Below are positions 25,507 through 37,200 of a stretch of DNA of 64,000 bases, in pieces. The notes under the pieces are model-generated. The model searched no databases, was not told where the DNA came from, and saw nothing but the letters and a program-made list of their open reading frames with translations. Position numbers and translations under genes: made by a program. Source of the stretch: Cycas panzhihuaensis (Eukaryota > Plantae > Cycadophyta). How positions within the stretch are numbered: position 1 is the stretch's first letter; each line of letters starts with the position of its first letter. Where the stretch lies: NCBI GenBank assembly GCA_023213395.1, contig CM041465.1, positions 182,287,741 to 182,351,740 on the forward strand, in the 5' to 3' direction.

Positions 25507-28500
25507 TTGCAGATTCATGGAGAAAAGCAGGAAGAAAATTTTGAGCAACCAAAAGAAAAGGATTCACAGACATCTGAAAAAGAGCAAGTTGCCTTAGAAG
25601 AAGGGAAATCAATTAGTTTGGAAGTTTACAGTATCACCACAACAGGGTGGGACTGTTATATCGTGGCGTTGAAGGATTCTCATTCTCACGTGTCAAATCT
25701 CTTGTTCAATAGAATGACCAGAATGCTTTCAAGCTCGACATCTTTAGAGGAAAGTCTAGAAAGTGCATCCTTAAATCAAGGCATGAGTAAAGGAGGAGGA
25801 GTAAGCACAGCAAACATGATAGGGCAAGGCAGATCAAATTCTTTAGGCCTAATAATCATTGATGCAAGGACAGTCAATTGGGGGAGGAAATCAGACAACC
25901 TCTCCATACATAATAGTCCAGAATGATGCAATGTTTGGGCAACTATAGTTTGATGGCTCAGGAGATCCTGGAGATCATTTGGCCTTATTTTCCAACATGC
26001 TGAAAATCAAGAAAATTAAAGACCCAGAAGAGATCAAGGCAAGGTTCTTCTCCACCTTGCCAGGAGCAGTAATAGCTTGGTACCAATACGTGGCGAAGAC
26101 AAATCCCACATGGGAAGTGGTGCAGACACAATTTCTAGACAGATTCCAGAGACTAAGGGATCCAATGTCCATCTTTCAAGCTTTGGAAGAAATCCGACAA
26201 GTACCAGGTGAGTCAGCAAATGATTTTGATGGCGGACTCAGAATCATTCTGAATAAAATGGATCCTATCATACCATTGAATCCGATGCTGTCCCTTAAAT
26301 ATTTCATTCAAGAATTGTTGCCTTATTTAAAAGAAAAAATCATTTTTCATCCATTAAATAGTTATGAACAAGTAAAAGAATTGGCATTGCGATTTGAAAA
26401 CCAAATGAGCACAAGATATTTGCAAACTGGAACCCAGAATGTGGGGAAAATAGGACTACCTCAATGGACGATAAATCTAAGAAGTTGAAACCTTGAAAAG
26501 AGAAGTAGAATTGCTGAAACAATAATCGTTGGTGGCACCTACGAGAGTAAATCAATAGGATGAAGAAATTGTGAAATTGAAGGCAGAGATAGCCAGACTG
26601 AAAGTAGGAAAATCCCGGGAAAATATTTGGTGCCCCCCTCCTTGTGGACAGCCAGGCCATTTTAAAAATGAGCATCAGCAGATGGAAATGCGATGGTGCG
26701 ACATCTGCAAAAGAGGGAACCATTACACATGGGAATGTTACTATAAAAATCCAGTAAAAGAATCTTTCTACCAAAGAAAAGAAAATTCTTCCTTTAAGCA
26801 GTATAAAGGAAAAACGAAACCAGTTAGATGTCATTTGTGTTCCAGATGGGGACATTTCCAGACAGATTGTCCATTACAAAAACAAGGAGGAGATTACATC
26901 TGCGAAGAATGTGGCCTAGCAGATCATGAGTGGGCAAATTGCCCAAAGAATTCTAGTTTGAAAGTGCAAATTTCTAATTTGGCAACAAAAATCTTGGACA
27001 AAGAACAACCAGTTTACATTCAAACAAGAGGTGGAAAAATTACTGCTGCACTAGTTACAGAAAATTTTTCTGATCCAACAATAGAAAAAAGAAGATTACA
27101 AGAAGTTGTTCAAGCTATACAAGATGCAACAAAGGCTATGCAGCAAGATGAAGAAGAACAAGCAAATAGATTCAAAGGCCAAATCTATCAAAGACAATCA
27201 AGGATGTGCGAAGAGCAGTTGGGGAGGAATCCGTGGCAGAAAATACAAGGAATGAGAGAAGTATTAATTGAAACAGGAATTTCCATTCCTCTTACTACAA
27301 TCTTTAGATGGTGGGAAGTCGGCTATTTCCAACAAGCAATTTTGGATCAAATTGAAAAGGCTGTATTGTGGCCTTTGAAGACACATGCAACTGATCCTAG
27401 AGTCCCTATGACTCTTTTTGGTGCAATGATTTGTGAAATTGTGGTAGATGGTGGATTGGGAGTAAATGTGCTTCCTGGAACCACATGGATTTCATTGGGA
27501 CGGTCAGAAATGGTTTCCCCAGACTATGCATTTCGATTGACAAATCAATTGCAAGTTCGACCAATGGGATCTTTGCTGAATATCCGATTCTGATGGTGAA
27601 TCACAGTATGTTTAGATTTTGCAGTTGTAAGAATGCAAAATCAAAATAAAACATATCCTGCACTTTTGGGATGACCGTGGCTGCTGGCAATAGAAGCATT
27701 GTAAGATTGGGGAAAACTAACTTTTACTCTGCATTTTGCAAGGAAGAAAGTAGTATTACCCCGTTGTTCAGATGGACCTCAAATAGAAAAAGTAGAAGAT
27801 GTAGATACAGCATCCACAACCATTGCTTCAACAGCCACTACAGTCAGTCCTTATTCGGAAACGGCATTTCAAGCTTTGAAGACTCCTCCTTAGATTTCAA
27901 GCAAGGCTTCATCAACATATTTGCTGGACTGGTTACAATCTGCATGGGAAGAAGTAGGAGATAAATTTTCAAATTGTTACCTTATGGAGTCTTGTCCAGA
28001 TAAACAACGGCTAGAAAAAAGTAAAGGAGGTAACCTTGGAAAGAAAGAAAGTCTTGTAAAAAATCCCTCTTTTAATAAAAATTCAAAGAGATTGCCTGTA
28101 TACTCTGTCTGAAAGTTTGGTTGAAATTTCTAACCAGAAAAATGTAACTTTCTCTGAAAAGAAGAATTGTTGTCAAATAGATCAAGAAGAGGTAAGGAAA
28201 TTCCCACAAACATATTCTGTTACAGAATATGGACAAAAAGAGATTTCTCGGGCACTAGCCTATGGATTAAATCTGGATGGAAAAACTATCCAAAGGAAGG
28301 AACTCCAATTGAAACCAATTAATGTTGGAACAAAGGAAGATCCTAAATGGATACAAGTAGGAGATTATTGGGAGCTCGAAATGATACAAAAAGTGACATC
28401 CCTTTTCAATGAATTCAAGGATGTTTTCGCATGGTCCTATAAGGACCTAAAGGGAATCCCCTTGGAAGTAGGTGAACACAAGATTGATTTAATAGAAAAT

Positions 28501-31088
28501 GTAAAACTAGTAAGGCAAAGGCCTTACAGGATGAACCCTCGATACAAGGAACAAGTCAAGGATGAGTTGGATAAATTGTTAGAAGCCGGTTATATTTTTG
28601 AAGTGGAAAACAGTGAATGGGTAAGCCTAGTAGTGGTAGTACCCAAAAGGAATGGGAAACTTTGTGTATGCGTAGATTACAAGGCTTTAAATAAATCCAC
28701 GAAGAAAGATCCATTCCCAATACCATTCACAAAAGACATACTAGAAAAGGTAGCAGGGCATGAGATATTCTCATTCACAGATGGATTCAGTGGTTATAAT
28801 CAGGTTCGGATAGCACCTGAAGACCAATTGAAGACAACATTTGTCATAGAATGGGGCACTTATGCCTATAGGGTCATGCCATTTGGGCTAACAAATGCTA
28901 TGGCAACTTTCCAAAGAATAATTTTGAATATCTTTTGAAATTTAATAGGAAAAACAATTGAAGTATTCCTGGATGATTGGACCTTGTATAGCTTCTTACA
29001 AGACCATTTGCTTCAGTTAAGGCTAATGTTGGAATTGTGTAGGAAAAATAGATTGTGCTTGAACCCTGACAAATGTACCGTTATGGTACCATTTGGATCC
29101 TTGTTGGGACACATCGTCTCAAAAGAAGGATTAATGACTGATCCAGCGAAAGTTGAAGTAATCTTGAAATTTCTTATTCTGCAAAACCCAAAAAATCTTA
29201 AGGGATTTTTGGGAATGACTGGATATTATCAGAAATTCATAAGAGGATATGCGCAAATTGCTTATCCCTTGGAGTCCTTATTGAAGAAAGCAAACAAATG
29301 GGAATGGACAATGCGACAACAACTATCTTTTGATGCTTTGAAGAAAAAGATAGTAGAAGCCCTTGTGCTTAAGTTTCTAGACTGGAACAAACCATTCCAT
29401 GTGCATGTAGATGCCTCATTATACACCATTGGATGCGTATTGGCTCAACCGGTTGACAAGAAAATAGATCTTCTCATTGCTTTTGCAAGTCAGAAACTAA
29501 CATCTGATGAGTGTAACTATACAGTTACTGAACGAGAAGGGTTAGGCATGGTGTATGCCTTACAAAAATTTTGACACTATCTGCTGGCTAATTAATTCAT
29601 AATTTTGTTGATCATCAAGCTTTGCAATATTTGATTAATAAGCCAATTTTGCAGGGAAGGATTAGTCGCTGGCTAATGCTTTTCCAGGAATTCAGGTTCA
29701 AAATTGTGGTGAAAAAGGGTGAAAAGTATGTGATACCGGATCAACTATCCAGGACACAAGTAGGAGAACTAGGTGACTGGGTGTTTGATGATTTTTCGGA
29801 TCATAAGCTATTCCCTATCGAAGATGTCCCATCATGGTATGAAGGAATCATAGAATATTTGTCCATAGGACAAACACCTAAGGGACTAGAAAAGGCAGAA
29901 AGGAAGAGTTTCATCAAGAAAGCATTTCCTTTTTAATTGATAAGCGGTATGTTATACAAACTCGGGCCAGATGAAGTCTTACGAAGGTGCATACTTCAAC
30001 ATGAAGTACAACCAATCTTGAGGGAAGCACATGAAGGAATAGCTTCATCTCATCATGGGGGAGAAGCCACAGCACAGAAGATATTGATAGCGGGATTATG
30101 GTGGCCAACATTGTTCGAAGATGCCGAGAAATGGGTAAAATCCCGCGACATTTGTCAACGAACTGGCAAGCCTTCTAAACAAAATTATCTGCCTCTTCAC
30201 CCTATCCTGGCCCAAGCTCCATTTGAGAAATGGGGATTGGATTTTGTGGGACCAATTAGCCCCCCAGCAAGAAGGATGAATGCACGATATATATTGGTAG
30301 CCACAATTTTTTTGACCAAATGGATAGAAGCTAAACCGATGAAAAAGTGTGATGCAAGAGGAACAACTCGTTTTTTGTACGAAGTTATTATAGTGAGATT
30401 TGGCTGTCCCTTGGAAATTGTATCGGATCAAGGAGGGAGCTTTTTAAATCAAACAATAAAACACTTGACCTCAAAATTCTTGATACAACATGGCAAATCT
30501 TTGCCATATTATCCTAGAGCAAATGGTCAAGTGGAGAGCACAAAAAAAATTCTAAAAATTGCTTTGATGAAAATCTATAATGGGCAACGAACAGATTGGG
30601 CAGAAAAATTGCATTCAGTTCTGTGGGCGGACAGAACAATGAAGAAGAAATCACATAAGCACACTCCATTTCAGCTGGCTTATGGAATAGAAGCTATGGT
30701 TCCTTTAGAATTTCAAGCAAAAAGTCTGAGGGTGGCTCAATATCTCAGAATGGAACCTAAAATGTCTTATGATCAGAGGCTAATATAATTGATGAAATTG
30801 GATGAGACTTGAGCACGAGCTTTATGGGAGTTGCAAATCGAAAAGAAAAGGCAAAAAGCTTGGCATGACTGCCACTTGAAAAAACCTGAGTACAAGGTAA
30901 ATGATTTGGTATTATTGTATGATAGTAAGTTTAAAATTAAGCCTGGTAAAATGAAAGTAAGGTGGTTAGGACCTTATAGAATTAATCGTATTTATGAAAA
31001 TGGAGCTATTAAATCGTAGCAGCTGGATGGCCAGCCATTGACCAAATTGATCAATGGCAGTAGAATAAAATTGTATAGAATATATTAG
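25507..31088 (+). pseudogene. Element B gag-pol (frameshifts and stops)
   Basis: Gag TLPGAVIAWY...W...FLDRF; CCHC knuckles; protease VVDGG; RT CVDYKALN/DGFSGYNQ/MPFGLTNA/FLDDW; RNase H HVDAS; integrase HHCC, WGLDF, SDQG, NGQVE. Confidence 0.93.
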
Positions 31089-32246
31089 AAAAAAAAAAAA
31101 AAACGAGCATAAATAACTGAGGGGGTAAGATCTCCTTAGAAAAGGCATTAAGGATGTGACAATTACTGATTGGTGTGATGCAAAGATATTACAAGGAATG
31201 AAGTGACGTCTAATAAAGTGCAACAGTAAAGTACGTGGGTGCGAACAAGACAAGATCGATCGCGGACTAAAGATTCATCATCACGGAGATAGGCAACATG
31301 GCACGACTATCAATAGAAGTTGGTACTGTTGACTGCTGGGGGATCTTATTACACTTACAAGATACCTCTTTCACTTGTCAAGGTTACACAGCGCTATAGT
31401 CTAGTTCAGGATCATCAACATGGTCATTCACATACATTCCACATATATTTCACATACATTTCACGTAATGGTACACAATGCGTAAATCAATGCATACTCA
31501 GCAATTCATTATCACAACACAAAGAATACACCACTTTCCACGTAACTCTTCCTTTTATTAAGTAATCAAGTCAGTTTACACGTAGGTGGAATGCATTCTG
31601 AGCATTCCAAAGATGACATCTGATCATACATTACACATGCGTACCGGATGGTACTTATCATACAATCTTTGCTCAATTGGTGACATATGTCGCTTCCGCA
31701 CCTTTGCGTACCCGTGATAATCGGCTCTCACCCTAACCTGGTGGTTCATGCGTACCTCCTTAAGTACTCATGTTGGTACCTTTTGGCTGAAGAGTTATGA
31801 CTGCCTATCATAACTGTACCCCTTCAGTCATACGTACCTTTCCATTAATCACTTGTTTAGGCACTTAATTAATTATCCTTTGTGTTCGTACGTCCGTACA
31901 TACGTCTGGCAGCTCAACAGGTCTTCACTGGTCCCTTTGAGTCATGCGTACCGCTTCCGCTTGGTTCCGTTCCGCGTTGGTGCGTGTCATCATACCTACC
32001 CATTCCGTGCGTACTGCATCATACGTACCGAATCTGATTTCTCTGCCGTTTTGCCTCGTGCGTACCTCCGTACGGTCCGTACCTGCACAACTCAGGTTAT
32101 CTGACCTATCTCTAGTCCTCTCACAGCCATAGGATCATTTTAAACTCCAACATCTCTCCCGGGTCAACAGTTATGGGTTTGAGCATTCTTGCTCAACAAA
32201 ACTCCAAAAATTTCAAAATTTTGGGGCATCCCTCCCCCGCTCTGTC

Positions 32247-33321
32247 TCAAGGCGGCTCCTGCTGCCTCTGTCCTCCCAAAATTTCCTCATTTATCTGTGT
32301 CAGGGTGGCAATAATGGCATCCTTCTCTTTTATTTTGTCTTGAAGGGCAGCTATCTCCGCTTTATACCCTTCCTCCATTTCCTGAATCAATTGAATTATG
32401 GGTCCTGCTTTGTCCTGTGGTGTAGGAGGTGCTGAAGGTTCCCCTGCCTCTGTTGCCTGTGGGAAGTCTTCCCATTCTTCCCAGGATGCTTCTGCTTCTT
32501 CTTCCTCCTCCTCTGATTCTTCTTCTCCCTTCTTCCTCTTCCCTCGTCTACGGACAACCTGTTTTGTCCGAAGGGGAAAGGATGTTCCTGGCGTCTTCTG
32601 TAGCCAGGTAAGTACCTTTTGCATCTGTTTTTGTACTTTTCTCTTTGCTTCCGCATTCCTTTGTGCGGAAATTTCACTTTGCTTGATAATTGGCTCGCAT
32701 GGAGAAATAGTGGTCCTGGTCAGCTGCACCTCTGGACACTGATAAAATAGAATTGCCAAAAGCAATGAAGGATGGCAAAATGGGTGTGTTCTAATCTCCT
32801 TTAGCTGTTGCCTCATGTTCTCCGCCAGGAACTCTGACCAATTCAGCTTTTCCCCATCCTGACTCTTCAACAACACCTGCATCATGCCTCCCTGAATGTA
32901 GGTGTACTTCCTCTTGGACAGAAATCTGGAATTGATCACTTTTGCCACCCACTGAAGTCTAGCATCCATGATGTCTACTACACGGATTCCGCTGGACATA
33001 ATCTGAGTGTTGGGTTGGCACAATTCCCTTAGCCACATTTCTCGGTCCACCTCTGACCTTTTTGTTCCCAGTGGAACCTCTCCTTCATTGGGGAGTCTGG
33101 TAATGGTATGGACTATGTCTGTGTCCATTTTGGCCTTCCTGCTGTCCTCCTTCAGGGCCATTAGGATTTGGTCCATGAGTTCGGGGTCATAGTACATTGG
33201 GTTACAGTAGATGTAGTCTCCCCAACTTGCCTGTTTAACCCTGGCTTGGAATGGAGCTGGTAGAGCTTGTAGCTCCTGCTTGAGCTTCGGTATGTATGCC
33301 TCCTGGCACCTGCATCCTCAT
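32247..33321 (-). CDS. Element C accessory ORF 3' of integrase (unknown function; acidic and coiled-coil C-terminus)
   Basis: 316-aa open frame at 32247-33197. Homology with element F (MKMIGCQEIYLPKL) extends the start to the ATG at 33321 across a 1-nt frameshift. Confidence 0.8.
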
Positions 33322-34206
33322 CTTGGTGTGGAGTCCCAGAGATAAGAAAGAAAACCTAAGCGTACAAATCGGAACCCTAAATGCGTACCTCCGAGGAATG
33401 CTTCTTTGTTTTTAGGTGCATGCGTCTTTGCGATGCGTCTTGGAGCAAGTTCTTTGCGTTCTGTGCCATATGGATGCCTGGCGAATTTTCTGGAGTCCGT
33501 TCCGCTCTGCGTACTTTGAGAGAATGCTCGCAGGTACGTAATGATTTGTCGTTTTGCGGATTTTTGTCTTATACGTACCCGTGGTATGTATAATGTTAAG
33601 AGTCTCCATTATGCGTACTTGATTACGTACTTTCTTTGGTACGTATAATGTAGCTAAGCACTTGAGTGTATTTTACACAGTGTATACCCAACTACATACT
33701 TTGTTTGGTACGTATAATGCAGTTGTTTAACTTAATTCTCTTTGCCTTTGTGCATACACACTGCGTACTTTTCAGTAATGATAATGTAATTGAGTCACTT
33801 AAAATTTGTTTACACTGTGCATACCTGACTGCGTACTTTTTAGGTACATATCGTGTAATTTCGAATCACTTTTTTGAACTGTACGTACTTCAGTGTATTT
33901 CCTTGGTACGTATAGTGTCTTTTTCAAATTTGATCCCCTTTTTCAATCAGACACAGTAACATACCTTTTGGTACATTATCTGTATTTGGCTTGTATGCTG
34001 TTGAATTTTTCCTCTGATTTTCTTAGATGATGATACTGTTACTTATGTCTGGGATTAGTTACGGTTGTTTTTTATTTTTTCCATTTATTTTTTCTCTTTT
34101 TGTATCCATACCAAATTGGATCATGGCTCGGTATCAAGGCATTTGATTGTGCCTCAATGTCATGCTGTCTGATATGGTACAACCGGTGATCTATTTGGTA
34201 GGTGGG

Positions 34207-37200
34207 CTACTCAATATATGGCTTGAGTCTACTAGTTTACACGAGTTGGTAGCGGAGGTCCGTCGATCTCTCGTCGCCGACCCATTCGCAAAGATTCGTT
34301 CTGCTATGTATGGTCCCAACTACGGCATCTTGAGTTTTCAAGTGCGTTTTGAATTTCATCATCTGACAACACTTGATCACCTTCGTTGAATTGAGGTTTT
34401 AGTAGATGGCGATCGTGCCATGCTTTTTGCCGCTTCTCCATATGTTGCAACCAATTTGCGGTGTCATTTCTCTTCCGATGCACTAAGTCTTCCAATCGAT
34501 GTTCCAAAGACTGGAGGTCGTCTAATCGACATTGTATCGCAACTCGTAGACTGGGTATCTCAAATTCTGTCGAGAGAATGGCTTCCGTGCCATACACAAG
34601 CTGGAATGGAGTCTGTCCAATTGACCTCTTGTATGTCATTCGAAATGCCCATAGCACGGATGGTAAATTTTTGGCCCAATCAGATTTGCCGATGTCGCAT
34701 ATCTTTCGCAAGCAATTCTCGATTATCTTGTTTGAGCTCTCTGCTTGGCCATTGGCTCTCGGGTAGTATGGAGTAGATTTCTGATGGCTAATCATAAAGG
34801 CGGATGTCAGTGTTTCGATAGTTTGATTGAGGAAGTGGGCACCTTGGTCACTTACGATCTCCAAGGGGCAGCCAAATCGTGTAATCACTACCTCATACAG
34901 AAATCTCGCTATGCTTTCTGCATCGACTTTTCGTAACGCGCGCGCTTCTACCCATTTTGTCGTGTAGTCGGTTGCCACCAGAATGTATCGGGCTTTCGAT
35001 CTACGCGCGACTGGTTTGATTAGCCCCATAAAGTCGAGCCCCCATTTCTCGAACAGTGCCAAAGGTAATATGGGATGTAACGGTTGGAAATCCTGTCGAT
35101 TAGGTTTCCCCACTTGTTGGCAATAGTTGCAGGCTTGAATCCATTTTTTGACATCCTCGAACATAGGCGGCCACCAGAACCCAGACGTCAAGATCTTCCG
35201 CCATGTGGCCAATTTCCCCATGTGGCCACCCGCTACTCCTTCGTGTGCCTACGACATGATCTAGTTTATCTCATGTTGTCGAACACAACGTCATAATACG
35301 TCGTCTGGTCCCAATTTGTATAACTCTCCACTGATGAGTTGATAAGGCTTTGCTTTTTTGATAAAATTTCTCTTTCCAATGCGATCTAACTCTGCTAGTA
35401 CTTCTCCGGTCGCTAGATATTCTGGTATTCCTTCATACCAATCTGTTGGAACTGCTTCCACACTGAACAGAGCTGCATCTGGGAAATCGTCTGGTATCCC
35501 CGTGGCTTTTTCTCCGTTTTTGATTCTCGACAACTGATCGGGAATGATATGGGCTTTGCTGGGTTTCACAATAACTTTGAAAGAAAATTCTTGAAACAAC
35601 ATCAACCATCTGCTGATTCGCCCTCGCATAATCGGTTTATTCACCAAATACATCAATGCTTGGTGATCAACGAAAAACAAGAACGGATTTGATAATAAAT
35701 AGTGTCGAAACTTTTGCAATGCATAGACCATGCCGAGTGCTTCCCTTTCTATTGTCGTATAATTCTGCTCGGCTCTTATGAGTTTTCGACTGACGAAGTA
35801 GATTGGATGATCTGTTTTGTCGTCGCTGGGCTGTGCCAATACACATCCAATGGTGTATTGCGATGCATCCACATGCACATGAAAAGTCTTCTTCCAATCT
35901 GGGAATCGCAGTATAGGTACTGCTACAATGGCTTGTTTCAATGTTTCGAACGCTGTTCTTTGTTCTTACGTCCATGCCCATTCAATATTCTTTTTCAACA
36001 ACTCCTCTAGGGGTCCGGATATGTATGCATATCCCCTGATAAACTTTCTATAATATCCCGTCAAACCCAAAAAACCTTTCAGCTGTTTTCTCGTAATTGG
36101 TGTCAGAAAGTGTAGAATGGCAGATACTTTTGCTAGATCTGTTAGCAACCCTTCTTTGCTGACTATATGCCCTAATAGGTTCCCAAAGGGTACCAGAAAG
36201 GTACACTTTTCTGGATTGAGACAACTTACTTTTCCGGCACGTTTGCAACATTTCCCGCAGATTTTCCATGTGATCTTTCATCAGTCCATACAATGTCTAG
36301 TCATCTAAGAATACAACAACTTTTTCTCCAATAAACTTCCGAAAGATATTAATTACAATCCATTTGGAATATGGCGGTGCATTCGTGAGATTGAATGGCA
36401 TCACTTTGTAGGCGTATGTTCCCCATTCTGTTACGAATGTAGTTTTGGCCTGATCCTCCAGGGCAATGCATGATTGTACCCAGATCAAATGCGTGAAGGA
36501 ATAAATCTCATTTCCCCAAGCGCTTCTAAAATATCCTCCGTAAAAGGTAACGGGAATGGATCCTTCTTTGTTACCTTATTCAACTGTCTGTAGTCCACAC
36601 AGACGCGAATTTTCCCATTTTTCTTGGGAACCACCACTCTGAGGGCTCACCCGGTCAGTAGTCGATCTTGTAGATATAACCCGCTTCTAACATTTTGTCA
36701 AGTTCAGCTTTCACTTTCTCTTTGTATTTCAGATTCATCCGGTATGGCCTCGGTTTCACGGTTTTGCATCCTCCACTAAGTCAATGTGATGCATTCCTAT
36801 CTCAGGAGGAATGCCTTTCGGATCCTATACGACCATGCGAATACGTCACGGAATTCTTCGAATAACTGCTGGGCTTCCGCTACTGTCTGAGGATCCCAAT
36901 AGTTTCCAATTCGAATGAGTTTAGGATTTTCCTGATTACCAACATTAATCTCTGTAGTTTTTAACTTTGTTACACCCACATCTTCTGTATTTCCGGTTTT
37001 GTGTGCCGGAGTGTCTTCGAGCTTTCTTTCTCCAACATTGAATTCTGTAAATTCTGCAAGATAGTTTATAACTTCTTCTTCTTCACTATGTGTAGATTCT
37101 ACCTCTTCTTGGTCTGTTAGGTTTTGTTCTAATTTTATACTCATTACCCTAATATATTTCAGGATTTTGTCTATTTCTTTGTTATCAGAAGTATGCCTAA

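Noticed and set aside
32247-33197. Calling the accessory ORF env, i.e. a plant retrovirus
   Set aside because: No signal peptide or clear transmembrane helix; position alone is not enough.
32398-35296. Plus-strand ORFs opposite the C accessory ORF and integrase
   Set aside because: Antisense shadows with no recognisable motifs.
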